DNA from: Felis catus
Taxonomy: Eukaryota
Assembly: GCF_018350175.1 (NCBI RefSeq)
Contig: NC_058374.1
Location: 115,010,001-115,074,000, forward strand
Reading direction: 5' to 3'
Length of the DNA: 64,000 nucleotides
Shown one piece after another: positions 11,771 to 23,879 of the stretch. The position numbers and the translations under genes were made by a program. Under the pieces are notes generated by a model. That model had not been told where the DNA came from. It was given only the letters and a program-made list of their open reading frames with translations, and made no database searches. Positions within the stretch are counted from its first letter, which is position 1. Every line of letters begins with the position of its first letter.

Positions 11771-12894
11771 ACCAGCCCCACCCCTCCTAGCATTTTTCTG
11801 CAGATTAAATCCGACTAAACTTAAAGGCAGCCAGTGGGATGAGTAGAAGGCAGAAATTATAGAAAGATCACAGTGGGGACTCATATTCCTCTTGCAAATA
11901 TCAAGCCCTCAGACTGGGAGATGATGAAGGACACGTTAGGTCTTCGGGAAGATACATAAAGGAGTCTTTGGGCTGACAGGCCTCCAGAGGTAAGCATTAG
12001 CACAGACTGGAAAGTAAGGCTGTTTCAACCCAGTGGAGAAGAGAAAATGACCTAGGAGGGCAGGGGGTTATTTGGAGGTAAGAGAGCAAGGAGACAGTGT
12101 CTTGCCCAGATGCCTTAGTTTGGGATCTACAAGGAATACTCTCACTGGGCACTCAGTGCTGGCCTTGCAATTCCCTCCAGGCTGGCCAATGGAAAACTTG
12201 CACCAAGTTTCTCTGGAGAAGCCTACACGTAGGAAACAAAACAAAACAAAACAAAAACCAAGGTTGACTTTTGGGTGAACCTTAAATACTGGGCCGAGCC
12301 AGGCGTTGGGGGTGAGTCGTGGATGGAGGGTTGATGAAGGACGCACCTGCAACTCCAGGAATCCCGTGGCAGCCACAGCAGAAACAGGGAGAGCGTTGAG
12401 TATCTGGTGTTGGGTGGGTGGAAGTGTGGCGGGCCGGGGGTGGGAGGCAGGGAAGACCCTTGAATGAAAGATAAAAGCAGACCCTTTAGGTAAATTAAAA
12501 GTAAAATGCATGTGAGAACATTCAGAAACGGAAGGAGGCAAATTAGATACATCAGAGGGGCTGCCTAGGGGAAAGGGTTAGGAGTAAGAATCAGGGTTAA
12601 AAGAGAACCCATTGCTCACTCAGTCACTCACTCAGTCCACAATAAACAAGAGAAGACCATGAAAACAACCAAACAAACAAAACACTCCAACAGCAATGAG
12701 AGAATGTCAGGGTTTGTTTGTTGTTGTTGTTTTTTTTTTTTTTTTTTTTTTTTTTGCAAAATGAGGAGATTCCCAATAATAATGCTTGGTAGGGTGTGCG
12801 TGGAGTAGTTTCCGACTCTTGGTGGTTCCAAGATTGTGGGGCTTTAGGAAACAGGGGCTCCCTCTCATGCAGGAGAATTGAAGGGATATTTTTA

Positions 12895-13118
12895 TTTTAT
12901 TTTTATGTTTTATTTTATTTTATTTATCTGAGAGAGACAGAGAGAGAGAGAGTGCACGAGCAGGGGAGGGGCAGAGGGAGAGGGAGAGAGAGAATCTTAA
13001 GCAGGCTTCAGGCCCAGTGTGGAGCCTGATACAAGGCTTGATCTGAGGACCATGAGATCATGACCTGAATGGAAATCAAGAGTTGGACGCTTCACCAACT
13101 GAGCCACCCAGGCGTCCC
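12895..13118 (-). mobile_element. CAN-SINE
   Basis: Perfect 15-bp TSD GAAGGGATATTTTTA at 12880-12894 and 13121-13135. Confidence 0.94.
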
Positions 13119-13379
13119 TAGAAGGGATATTTTTAAAAACTACTTTGTAGTTTTTGGGAAAACAATGATAATGCTTTTGTTTTTTTAAAAAGATGCAAAT
13201 AATACAGATTATTAAATGAGTTGAATCCACAGAAAGTACTTAAAAAGAATACCTGACACATAATAAGCCCTCAATAACTACTACAAAAATAACCTGAAAT
13301 TCCACCACCCAGAGAGAACCACGATTATGATTTTGGTCAATGTCTTTTCTAGGAAATGTATCAATTAACTTACTTGTAC

Positions 13380-14223
13380 ATAAATGAGATCAAAGATCAT
13401 TTCATGTCTAGGAATATAGACTATCCTTATGCTTTCTAAAGTCTAGTATGTATTCCATTGTACAGATGTTCTATAATTTACGTAACCTGCTCATAATCTG
13501 TGACATTGAAGATGCTTCCAATTTTTTATCACGATATGTAACATTGCTGGACCATGTACATATACCCGCCTCTTTGTACTTGTTTGAATATTCTCTTAGA
13601 GTAAGCTCCTAGAAGTGGAATAGTGGGGTCAAAGAATATGCACATTTGACATTTTAATACTGCCAAACTGCAGTACAGAAAAATTTGTTGGTGTCTGTGC
13701 CCCCAGCAGTGGTGTGTGAGTATTCTGTTATCTCTCAACAAAGGGTGCAATTCTTTTCAATCTCTGGATACCTGCTGAGTGAAAAATACCTTATTGTCAA
13801 TTATATTTGCTTTTTTGTTATGAATGTGACGGTTAATTTTATGTGTCAGTGTGGCTAGGCTTTGGTGCCCAGTTTTTTTTGTCAAACCCTAGTCTAGACG
13901 CTGCTGTGAAAGCATATTTTAGAGGAGATTAACATTGAAATCAATAGCTCTTGAGTAAAGCAGACTACCCTCTGTAATGTGGTGGGCCTCATCCAATCAG
14001 TTGAAGGCCTTCAGAGGAAAAACTTGGGTCAGTTTTTCCCTGGGTCTCCAGCCTGCTGTCCTGCCCTGCATGTTTTGGACTTGCCTGTCCCCACAATGGC
14101 ATGAGCCACTTCCTTAAAATAAAGTTCAATTTCTAAATATACACATATCTTGTTGGTTTTGTTTTTCTGGAGAACCCTAACTAATACAATCCGTGAAGTT
14201 GCCCACGTCAACTGTTTATTAGC
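13380..14223 (-). mobile_element. Old L1M fragment interrupted by an MLT2 LTR, running into the N-block
   Basis: CTCTTAGAGTAAGCTCCTAGAAGTGGAATAGTGGGGTCAAAGAATATGCACATTT antisense L1M motif; L1M-like sequence resumes after the LTR. Confidence 0.6.
13825..14188 (+). mobile_element. MLT2 (ERVL) solo LTR
   Basis: Starts TGTGACGGTTAATTTTATGTGTCA, contains GGGCCTCATCCAATCAGTTGAAGGCC, ends TTTCTGGAGAACCCTAACTAATACA (TG...CA termini). Confidence 0.88.
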
Positions 14224-15504
14224 NNNNNNNNNNNNNNNNNNNNNNNNNNNNNNNNNNNNNNNNNNNNNNNNNNNNNNNNNNNNNNNNNNNNNNNNNNNNN
14301 NNNNNNNNNNNNNNNNNNNNNNNNNNNNNNNNNNNNNNNNNNNNNNNNNNNNNNNNNNNNNNNNNNNNNNNNNNNNNNNNNNNNNNNNNNNNNNNNNNNN
14401 NNNNNNNNNNNNNNNNNNNNNNNNNNNNNNNNNNNNNNNNNNNNNNNNNNNNNNNNNNNNNNNNNNNNNNNNNNNNNNNNNNNNNNNNNNNNNNNNNNNN
14501 NNNNNNNNNNNNNNNNNNNNNNNNNNNNNNNNNNNNNNNNNNNNNNNNNNNNNNNNNNNNNNNNNNNNNNNNNNNNNNNNNNNNNNNNNNNNNNNNNNNN
14601 NNNNNNNNNNNNNNNNNNNNNNNNNNNNNNNNNNNNNNNNNNNNNNNNNNNNNNNNNNNNNNNNNNNNNNNNNNNNNNNNNNNNNNNNNNNNNNNNNNNN
14701 NNNNNNNNNNNNNNNNNNNNNNNNNNNNNNNNNNNNCCTGTGTTGGGGTCTTTTTCAGCCCCTCTGCTCATGCCTGACATGGGGCAATATGACCTAGGAC
14801 CCTACCAAAGTGATGGCTTCTGCAGTATACTCCCTGATTTTTTTGACGAAGGACTTCTACAAATGATTTAATGTAAATAAATAGATTGAATAAATAAAGC
14901 CAAGTAATGGAGGATGCCGCTTCATTAAGGGAACTTACTTAAAAACCAGTTCCTCCTTCACCTATCAGTTAACAGCTGAACACAGAATTTCCTGTTGTTT
15001 TTCTTCTTTCCCCCTCATAGAGGTTGATGTCATCACAGCCACAAAGAAGAATGATTTCCTACAGCAATAGTGGATCTGTGACGGCATCGGGATTACAAAA
15101 GCTGGTAAGGAAATTTGCTATCAGTACTTATTATCAGAAATTACAAAGAAAATTAATTTTAAACTTTCTGGGAAAGGAGCTGTTCAGTGAAACTGGAAAC
15201 TTTTCTGAATTTATTATATAAAGAAAGCCTATCTCCCATCTACCAGAGAAAGAATTTCCTACAACCTCAAGGGACCAAATATACAGGACTGGCGTAAGAA
15301 ACAGATGGTCCTACTTTGGTAGGTTACTAATCTGTGCCAACATGGTAACTACCTTCATCTTGGATAGGCTGGTGCCCGGACTATTTTTCAAGCACCAGAC
15401 CTGCCCTGAGGAAGCTTTGATATTTCCTGTTTTCGATGTCTTAGGTCAAATCTCCTAAGCAGTGTTCCCCCCTCCACCACCCCCATTAGAATGGAAGCAG
15501 GATC

Positions 15505-15695
15505 GGGGCTCCTGGGTGGCTCAGTCGGTTGAGCGTCCAACTCTTGACTCCAGTTCAGGTCATGATCTCACGGTTTGTGGGTTCGAGCCCCGCATCAGGA
15601 TTCACACTGATGGTGTGGAGCCTGCCTGGGATTCTCCCTCTCCCTCTCTCTGCCCCTCCCCCACTGTCTGTCTCTCACGATAAGTAAACTTAAAA
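15505..15695 (+). mobile_element. CAN-SINE
   Basis: Perfect 16-bp TSD AGAATGGAAGCAGGAT at 15488-15503 and 15696-15711. Confidence 0.94.
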
Positions 15696-15710
15696 AGAAT
15701 GGAAGCAGGA

Positions 15711-15835
15711 TGTATTAGTTTCCTATGGCTGCTATAACAAATTATCACAAGCTCGGGTGGGGGGAGGAGGTTTAAAACAACAGAATTTATTTTCTCACAG
15801 TTTTGGAGGCCACAGGTCCCAAATCAAGGTGTCAG
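15711..15835 (-). mobile_element. MLT1 LTR terminal fragment
   Basis: TGTATTAGTTTCCTATGGCTGCTATAACAAATTATCACAA...TTCTCACAGTTTTGGAGGCC...AAATCAAGGTGTC. Confidence 0.75.
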
Positions 15836-16223
15836 GAAATCACACCTGAACTATGCAAACTGGGCGGGGCAGCTGCCGCCAAGAAGAGGGATACTGTCAT
15901 CAGAAGGAGGCGGACCCACGCGGCTGAGCAGGCTCATGGTGCAGAGGAAGGTGGGGAGTTCCATCTGGACGTGCCGAGTTGTGACACAGCAGGTGAGACA
16001 CCTGAGAGTGATGTCCCCTGTCCGTTAAATGTGGCAGTAGGTGTATCATTTTTAATTTTAGCAAGAATACTTTCAGTGGAGCGTGGAGCAAGGGGACTGC
16101 TGAAGGGAGCTGACGAATGGATGGGAACTGAGCAAAGTCGAAGCGGGGCTGGTCAGAAGCCAGAGAACTAGGGTCTCACCATGACGACAGTGTTGCTGAG
16201 GCAGCCTTTCAGGAGGCCTAAAG

Positions 16224-16435
16224 CAGTAGTTCTCAAAGGCTGTAACCCAGATCAGCAGCATCAGGCAGCTGGGAATTTACTAGAAAAGCAAATTTTGAGG
16301 ACCCATCCAAGACCTACTGAGTCAAAACCTCTAGGGTGGAGCCCTAAAATCTGTGTTTAACAAGCCCGCAGGTGACCCTGATGTGGGCATTCCGGCCTCC
16401 GGAGCCTGGAGGAACCAACTTTGACAGAACTACTG
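16224..16435. mobile_element. MER5A-like hAT-Charlie DNA transposon
   Basis: Terminal inverted repeats CAGTAGTTCT.../...AGAACTACTG; internal AGACCTACTGAGTCAAAACCTCTAGGGTGGAGCCC...AATCTGTGTTTAACAAGCCC. Confidence 0.8.
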
Positions 16436-17376
16436 GTGCCGTGTGCTCAGGGAGGCGCATGTGTGTGGTAGTAACATGTTTACTCCAGCTGGGCTTGCTT
16501 GGAAGCAGGGAGCCTGGTTTGGGGTGGGGGTACATGGGGGTGCGGGGTCTAAGGGCATGAATTTTTGGAAAGCAAGGCAGTGAGGAAAAGGACGGGTTCC
16601 TTCCCAGGGCAAGGTCCCTGCAGCTGGAGTGTGAAATACACCTGTTCTGATCTTTCGAGCAGATCAGCAGCTTGACATCCTCCCACTCCAGAGCCAGCAG
16701 CTTTCTTGAAGGATGGGGCTAGTGTTCGGCTGAAGCTGTCACAGAGTGGCATTTCTCACAATATTTGAAGAGCCCCTGGGAAATGTTAACCAGAAACTCG
16801 GTTGGCTCTTTGACTTCAGTCTTTATGGTTGAAAACCTTTCTAAAATGGATCTGTCTTTTTGCCACTTTAGAGACTAGAATAACATCTAAAGTAGCAGAG
16901 TTGTGAAAGATTTATTATCTTTTACAATGCAGAGTGGGTTTAAGATGAGCGCTCTGATATTGTCACTCTCACCCTCTTGCATTTCTGATTTGTTTCTGAG
17001 AGATTGGGGTGGATGGAGTTCCTGGTGACTGCTGGGATTTGCATGTGCCCCCCACCCGACAGTGCCTATGACACACTCTGCTATATGTGTCTGCCTCTGA
17101 TGTCCCCTGAACAGCTGTGCATGAAAGTCATCTGTCCAGTGGGCAGATAACAGGAAGTATGGCACAGTGTGAATGCCACGAGGGCAGGGCTGGTTAGTTC
17201 ATGGTTTGACCTTTAAATCCTGGAATTATAACAGTACCCAATAAGCATGTTGAATGCATGAAAGAACATGGTTATTGTAATTGGATTGGGGATCATTTTG
17301 GAATCTATAGGTCTTAAGGTTGCCATTCTGAGCATTAGTCCTCACTATCTGGGACCATAAATATAACATGTATAGA

Positions 17377-17548
17377 CAGGACTGGCTACATAATTTGTGG
17401 GGACCAGTGCAAAATGAAAATTTAGAGCCCCTTATTCAAAAATTATTAAGAACCTCAAGACAGGGACAGCAGAACATTAAAGCAAATACGGGGTCTTTCT
17501 GAATGTGGGCCCCCATGCTCCTGCCTGAGTCCCATGAAGTCAGACCTA
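17377..17548 (-). mobile_element. MER45A-like hAT DNA transposon
   Basis: CAGGACTGGCTACATAATTTGTGGGGACCAGTGCAAAATGAAAAT...TTCAAAAATTATTAAGAA matches the recalled MER45A consensus in antisense. Confidence 0.7.
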
Positions 17549-17705
17549 AAGGTAGGAGATGGAATGAAATTTTACTAATCCTGGTAACTTCTGGAAATAG
17601 CTTTCAGAAAATTTTTGCAGAAATCCTTGAAATGACCTTTTTATGTGGTTTTCTCTTTTTTTTTTTCATGAAAGAAGAGGGCAATTTAAAGATGGAGGGT
17701 GTCTG

Positions 17706-17901
17706 GGGGTGCCTGGGTGGCTCAGTCGGTTAATTGTCTGACTTCAGCTCAGGTCATGATCTCGTGGTTTGTGGGTTCGAGCCCCACATTGGGCTCTGTG
17801 CTGACAGCTCAGAGCCTGGATCCTGCTTCAGATTCTGTCTCCCTCTCTCTCTGCCCCTCCCCCACCCAGTAAACGAACATTAAAAAAAAAATTTTTTTTT
17901 A
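17706..17901 (+). mobile_element. CAN-SINE
   Basis: 14-bp TSD ATGGAGGGTGTCTG at 17692-17705 and 17902-17915. Confidence 0.93.
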
Positions 17902-17913
17902 ATGGAGGGTGTC

Positions 17914-18404
17914 TGTGATAGGACTGGATTATTCTAATTCTTCTCTTCCCCCTTGGAATGTGTCCAGTCTTTGCCATGATACTCTCTCTACCTTGCCCCT
18001 CCACCCCTCACCCCCCTACTGGAGAGACCAGAGTATGTTTTCCCATCCACTGATGTTGGACTTGGCATATGGCTTGTTTTGGCCAATGGAATATATTAGC
18101 GGACATGATATGAGCAGAGACTTTAAACGTGCTCCTGTAGTTTGGCTTGACCTCTTGTCCTTCTGTCCTCTACCATGAGAACTGTCCCTGGGGTGCCTGG
18201 GTGGCTCAGTCAGTTAAGCGTCTGACTTCGGCTTAGGTCATGACCTCACGATTCATGAATTCAAGCGCTGCGTCGGGCTCTGTGCTGACAACTCAGAGCC
18301 TGGAGCCTATTTCCGATTCTGTGTCTCCCTCTCTCTCTGCCCCTCCCAGGCTTGTGCTCTGTCTCTCTCTCTGTCTCTCAAAAATAATAAATAAAAACGT
18401 TAAA

Positions 18405-18449
<45 letters not shown>

Positions 18450-18680
18450 AGAAAGAAAGAAAGAAAGAAAGAACGAACGAACTGCCCTTGGGTACCTTCT
18501 GGTCCAAGGACAGTGAGAGAAATGGGAGTGGACCCAATCTCCATCTGTGGCCCGAGGCAGAGCTGCCCCAGCAGCCCCACAGACCTGTGAGGAAGAAAAA
18601 GAAATGCTTCTGGTGTGCCACAGAGACTTGTGTCATTTCTTACACAGCATTCACAGCGCAGAAGCTCCACTAATAACGTG
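17914..18680 (+). mobile_element. MLT1 (E-H type) LTR interrupted by a SINE
   Basis: CCACTGATGTTGGACTTGGC...TTGTTTTGGCCAATGGAAT and the 3' part CAGACCTGTGAG...AATGCTT...TTACACAGCATT; resumes after the SINE TSD. Confidence 0.65.
18190..18478 (+). mobile_element. CAN-SINE with a (GAAA)n-expanded tail
   Basis: Head GGGGTGCCTGGGTGGCTCAG; (GAAA)n tract at about 18405-18472; TSD GAACTG(T/C)CC(C/T)T at 18179-18189 and 18479-18489. Confidence 0.94.
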
Positions 18681-19339
18681 TGCTTCAGGTGTATCCTAGC
18701 AAAAAGATATTTTATTGCAGTTTTTTAAGCTTCGGGGATGCCAAGAATGACAAAGGAGAGGCTGGAGAAGCAGTCAACATGCTGAACACTGGCGTGCATC
18801 CTGATGCTCAAAGCAAGCTGGCGAGTACCAAACGAAGTACTGAACAGTGCTAAGCTGGGTCGCATTAAAGAGATCTTATTTGAGTTGTCTTTGTTTTTTA
18901 GAGATTGTTAAGTGCCACATAGTAGCTCCCCGAAGGAGCAGCAGGAGGAAGGGGCCTCATTTTTAGGGACCCTCGTCCCATGTTTCCATAAAGTTGGGCA
19001 CAGCAGCTACCGGCTCATCACCCCCAGCAGCAGGGAGGACTGTCACCGTATTTAACAGCCAGTGCAAAAGGCTCCGACCACTCAGGGAGAGGGCCCACTC
19101 TTGAGCTGTGATCAGCTCTTTGGGGGATGAGGAGGGCCTCCCTTTTCCAAGAATTCCAGTAAGGTCCCAGACCCATCCTGTGAGGCAGGGTTATTGAGCT
19201 GGACTAATGCAGAATATATGGTCCAAGAGTGAAAGAGGGAGGTCTCCTGGGGCGGGTAGAATGAGGCTCCCAGAGACACATATCTCCTAATGCTGAGGAG
19301 CCGTGAACAGGCACAGAGGAATTAAGGTGGCTGGTCAGC

Positions 19340-19691
19340 TCCTTCACCCAGGGAGATTGTCCAGGTAAACCCGATACAGTCAACAGGATCGTTAAGTCGA
19401 CGAACCAGTGCGAGAAGAGGACTTGGCCTGACAGGTTGCTGGCTTTGAAGGTGGAGGAACCCAGCCATGAGCCTAGGAATGTGAGCGTCTCTAGAAACTG
19501 GAAAAGACAAAGGAAGAGATTGTCCCTGAGGGCCTCCTAGAGAAATTCAGCCCTGATGATACCTTGCCTTTTAGCTCAGCGCGACCTGTTTTGGACAACT
19601 GACCTCCAGAACTGTAAGGTAATAAATTTGCGTGGTTTTCAGCCACTAAGTTAACGGTCACTTATTATGGCAATGACAGAAAACCAATATA
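19340..19691 (+). mobile_element. MLT1C/D-like LTR
   Basis: TTGCTGGCTTTGAAGGTGGAGG...CTCTAGAAACTGGAAAAG...GACCTCCAGAACTGTAAGGTAATAAATTTG...AGCCACTAAGTT...GAAAACCAATATA. Confidence 0.8.
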
Positions 19692-20344
19692 TTCCCCAAT
19701 AGAAAACCAGAATGCTCTTAGCAAAATGAGAGGAAAATGCTAGCAGGCAAACAAAGAGGCCAGAGAAGATGTATAGTGGAGACTGGGTCTCCAGTATGTC
19801 TTGGTCTGTGGCTCTCTGGATCTTTCCCAGGGGAGACGGCAGAAACCATACTTTACAAAGTGGTATCTGTAGTGGCGTGCACCTGTTCCACAAAGCCGAA
19901 GCTCACAGCACCTGTGAGCAAGAGCACACCCTAAGAGCACAGCCTAAGAGTATTACCTACAAAGGCACTCTACAAAGACTTGAAACCTAGTTCCTTCACT
20001 TACCAGCTGGGTAACCCAAGGCAAGTTGCTTAACTTCTCTGTGCCTCATAAAAAGAGGATGATAAATATCAATCTGATTGAGTTTTTATGAGGATTGATG
20101 TCAATACATATAACTAAGCATCATCGTTGGCATACAACTGAGACTCGAACGTTGTTGGCTGCTGTTACAACTAACGCTACGAGGCAGTATGTGTAATGAT
20201 TTGTAAATCCTTGGGTCTGGAGCCAGGATTTGTAGGGTCAAAGTTGGCTCTGTCAGTTAGAATTTCTATGCTTGGGCAAGTCCTTTAACATCTATCAGGC
20301 CCAGTTTTCTCATGTGCAAAATGATGATATTAAAGTTACCTACC

Positions 20345-20447
20345 GGGTTGCCTGGCTTGCTCAGTTGGTAGCACGTGTGACCCTTGATCTGGGGTTGTGA
20401 GTTTGAGCCCCATGTTGGGTGTAGAGATTACTTAAAAATAAAATCTT
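20345..20447 (+). mobile_element. Short carnivore tRNA-derived SINE
   Basis: GGGTTGCCTGGCTTGCTCAGTTGGTAG...GTTGTGAGTTTGAGCCCCATGTTGGGTGTAGAGATTACTTAAAAATAAAATCTTT; A/B-box-like, no CCA or cloverleaf end. Confidence 0.8.
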
Positions 20448-20449
20448 TA

Positions 20450-20720
20450 GGGATGACTGGGTGGCTCAGTCGGTTAGGCATCCGACTTTAGCTCAGGTCA
20501 TGATAAATCAGTTGGTGAGTCCGAGCCCCGAGTTGGGCTCTGTGCTGACAGCTCAGAGCCTGGAGCCTGCATCAGATGCTGTGTCTCCCTCTCTCTCTGC
20601 CCCTCCCCTGCTCATGCTCATGCTCATGCTCATGCTCATGCTCTGTCTCTCTCTCTCTCAAAAATAAACATTAAAAACTAAAATAACAAAAACAAAAACA
20701 AAATAAAATAAAAAATCTTT
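20450..20720 (+). mobile_element. CAN-SINE with an internal (TGCTCA)n expansion
   Basis: SINE body; (TGCTCA)5 plus TGCTC at 20609-20643; A-rich tail ending AAAATCTTT, like the preceding tail. Confidence 0.92.
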
Positions 20721-20817
20721 TAAAGAATATTATAAAGTGACTGGGGGAATATAAACACTGAGAAATATATAATAAAGAATATTATAAAGTGACTGGGGGA
20801 ATATAAACACTGAGAAA
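20721..20817. repeat. 45-bp direct repeat, 52-bp period
   Basis: TAAAGAATATTATAAAGTGACTGGGGGAATATAAACACTGAGAAA at 20721-20765 and 20773-20817. Confidence 0.95.
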
Positions 20818-20921
20818 ATATCTCAGTGGATATTTGATGATATTAATGGTGAGATAATGGTAAGATGGTTATGTTTTTTAAAAAGCTCTTAGGTGTATAA
20901 AAATATATCAGATGGAATTTT

Positions 20922-21132
20922 AAAAAATTTGTTTAATATTGATTTTTGAGAGAGAGAGAAAGATAGAGTGTGAGCAGGGGAGGGGCAGAGAGAGAGGGAG
21001 ACAGAATCTGAAGCAGCTCCAGGCTCTGAGCTGTTGGCACAGAACCCGGCACAGGGCTCGAACTCACAAACCACGAGATCATGACCTGAGCTGCAGTCAG
21101 ATGCTTAACCGACAGAGCCTCCCAGGCGTCCC
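20922..21132 (-). mobile_element. CAN-SINE
   Basis: Body and head CTCCCAGGCGTCCC; TSD TGGAATTTT at 20913-20921 and 21133-21141. Confidence 0.92.
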
Positions 21133-21161
21133 TGGAATTTTTTTTTTTAAACAAGAAAACA

Positions 21162-21360
21162 GGGGCACCTGGGTGACTCGGTCGGTTAAGTGTCCGACTC
21201 TTGATTTCGGCTCAGGTCATGATCTCACAGTTGTGGGATGGAGCCCCGTGTCAGGCTTTGCTCTGACAGCAGCGAGTCTGCTTGGGATTCTCTGTCTCCC
21301 CATCTCTCTCTGCCACCTCTCTCTCTCTCAAAATAAATAAGCATTAAAAAATGAAAATAA
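21162..21360 (+). mobile_element. CAN-SINE (head-to-head with the previous copy)
   Basis: GGGGCACCTGGGTGACTCGGTCGGTTAAG...CTTGGGATTCTCTG...(CT)n...AAATAAATAA. Confidence 0.92.
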
Positions 21361-22665
21361 AATTGCCTCGCTCATAGAGCTGTGTTGGGGCATTAATCAA
21401 TGAATACATGTGAAGTCCTAGAACAATGCCTGACAGATCCAATCAGTGTTATCTATCCTAATTACTGTTACCAGTAGTACAGGGTCACATAACTCTGGAT
21501 GCTTAATAACAAGCAATCACCACCACAAAATCAGTGGCACCTCACGGGATCACGGAGACCTTCTAGGTTGGAAGAGCTGTGGTCCCCACACTGTGGAAGT
21601 TATTGGAGCAACAACACCTCTCTTTTTAGGAGGTCAAAACGTCATGGCAGTGCCTGGGTGAGATGCACATATAATATATAAAAAGAAAGGAAAGTGGAAA
21701 AGTTAGTTTTCAGAAACACACCGCACAAAAAGACTTGTAAACAGGATACGAAGGGAGCCCACCTGCTTTCCTTTCTTCTCTCCTCTGCCAATTATACAGG
21801 GTTGTACTTGTCTGTTGCTTTTGATTTGGTGTTTTTACACTTTGTCACATAGTAAGAACATTAGGTTAAGGAACCTTGTCATTTTCCTATTCAAAGCAGT
21901 TCACTCAATAATACCAAGCATTCCCACTTTGGTAGATAATGGCAAGAAGTAAGACAGCCCGTTAGTAAACAAGCAAATCATTTCATGGCAACAGCTGATT
22001 TGATCAAAACATTCTGGTTCTCCCTCGTCTGAACCCACGCAAGGAATGAACCAATCCAACTGGAAAAAAATATTTGTTTTATCTTTGCCACATGTATTTA
22101 CTCTTAGGGACTATTTAACTTGATAGGGCAGAGAAGTTGGAAGGAACAAAAATACTCGAGGCACTGAACAGCCTTGGTGGGCTATCTCCGGCACCAGGCA
22201 GAAAGGGCCTGGAGGTATCGCCATGGGGGTCTGTTCTTGAGCAGTTTCTTGAAATCCTTTGCCCTCATCTTCACAGGGGAGACCTGAGCTGTTGTTCATA
22301 TGCTAAGTTTTGGGGGTGGGGTGCAGAATGGGAATTAACATGACTTCAAAATATGAAAGAAGTCATTCCACAAAATTCTCTGACAATTGGATATGTGTAA
22401 GGCATTGTGAAGATGTTACAGGAAGGCAAAGGTAAACTAGATATGGGTTAGATCTCAAGGGATGCCCAGTCAAAAATGTCACATAAACGACACACATATA
22501 TCCGTGAGGAGTAGAAACCCACAGGTGCAGGGCTGTGTGCGTGCGTGCTTTATTGACAAAGGGCTCAAGGGTGAAACCTTTGAGGATGCGAGTGAAGCAG
22601 GACAAGGCAGGGGAGAAGCTAGGCAGAGGTGGGTACCGCCTCGGCTGGATCCCACAAGGTGCCCG

Positions 22666-23433
22666 TGACATAATAAAAAGTATATATCTGACACAGAACT
22701 CCTAAAACCCTTAGAAATGATTCTCTTTTGTTTGCTAATGAGGTGAGTTCTGGGGAGGGGGGCGCGCCTAGATAGCTTCAGGATGGGAGCTGCTCCACAG
22801 AAAAAAATAGCCACATGATTAGAAGGTTAGAACTTTCAGCCCTGCGTCCCCACCTCCGGGAGGGCATAGGGACGGGAGATCGAGGACAATCACCAATGGC
22901 TAGTGATTGAATCAGTTGTGCCCACAGAATAAAACCTCCACAAAACCCCTAAGCCGTGAGGTCTGGGGAGCTTTTGGGGGTGGTGAACACGTCTACGTGC
23001 TGGAAGGGTGGCACACCCTTAACCTAAGAAGCTCCCGCTCTTGGAAGCCTTTCAGATCTCCCCCTATGTACGTCTTCACCTGGCTGTTCATTTTTATCCT
23101 TTATAATAAACTGTAATAGTAAGTAGAGCGCTTTCTGAATTTCTATGATGAATTGTTCTAGCAAATTATCGAAACTGGGTGGGGGGCCTCGTGGGAAGCC
23201 TTGAATCTGTAGTCCGTTAGACAGAAGTGCTGGCCACTTGGGGACCCCATTTGTGGTTGGCATCTGAAGTGGGGTCTGTCTTGTGGGACTGAGCCCTTTA
23301 ACTTGTAGGATCGCATGCTAACTAACTCCAGATAGATAGCGTTAGAACTGAACTAAATTGCTGGACACCCAATAGGTGTTGGAGAATTGCTTGGTGTCAG
23401 GAAAAACCACGTTTGGTGTCAGAAAACACCACA
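22666..23433 (+). mobile_element. MER21-like LTR, inserted within an older ERVL-type LTR remnant
   Basis: CACCAATGGCTAGTGATTGAATCA, GGTGAACAC..CTACGTGCTGGAAGGGTGGCAC, ATCCTTTATAATAAAC, GTGGGACTGAGCCCTTTAAC, TTTGGTGTCAGAA; LTR16-like sequence flanks it at about 22590-22665 and 23440-23640. Confidence 0.75.
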
Positions 23434-23879
23434 CAGTACCACAAAGGTGTTGCAGCTTGAGGTAAGGCGGTTGAACTTCCATGCCCTGCATCAGCTAGCC
23501 ATTGGCTATGGGCTGCCCAGAGGGTAGAATACTCTCCCGAATGTTGCTGGGCAAGTTGGCTCCCATGGGTCAAGGGCGACTCTGCAAGGGAAGGGTGCAG
23601 CTGTAAGCCTGTGGCAGCCGTTACTTGCAGTAGCCATGGGCCGGTACACCTGCCGGTGAAGGGAATGGACAGCACACAACAGCGCTGATTACAAAGTTGC
23701 ATTTGGAGGAAGATAGGAAAGTGTTGGTGGAAGTTGCCAGGAGATGTGAGTTGATCCACTGAAATCAGTAGGAGGCTGTTGTTCAAATGGTAGCTCTTCC
23801 CCCACAAAAGTAAAAGAGATTGCTTGGAAAAATCATCAGGAAGCTCCTGCCTGAAGATTCCAATAAGATATAAGGTGAT

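Noticed and set aside
14215-14220. Minus-strand AATAAA beside the 513-nt N block as a hidden gene or retrocopy end
   Set aside because: The context resembles the antisense L1M motif TGTTTATTGGC continuing the interrupted L1; no A-tail or TSD.
15803-16171. 122-aa ORF with a donor-like CAG|GTGAGA
   Set aside because: It starts inside an MLT1 fragment from a non-ATG codon, shows no recognisable homology, and has no clear acceptor.
20345-20447. tRNA-like sequence with A/B boxes (also the heads of all SINEs)
   Set aside because: tRNA-derived carnivore SINE heads with A-rich tails; no complete cloverleaf.
20721-20817. Direct repeats with a spacer, CRISPR-like at first glance
   Set aside because: Only two units in a mammalian genome and no cas genes; a simple local duplication.
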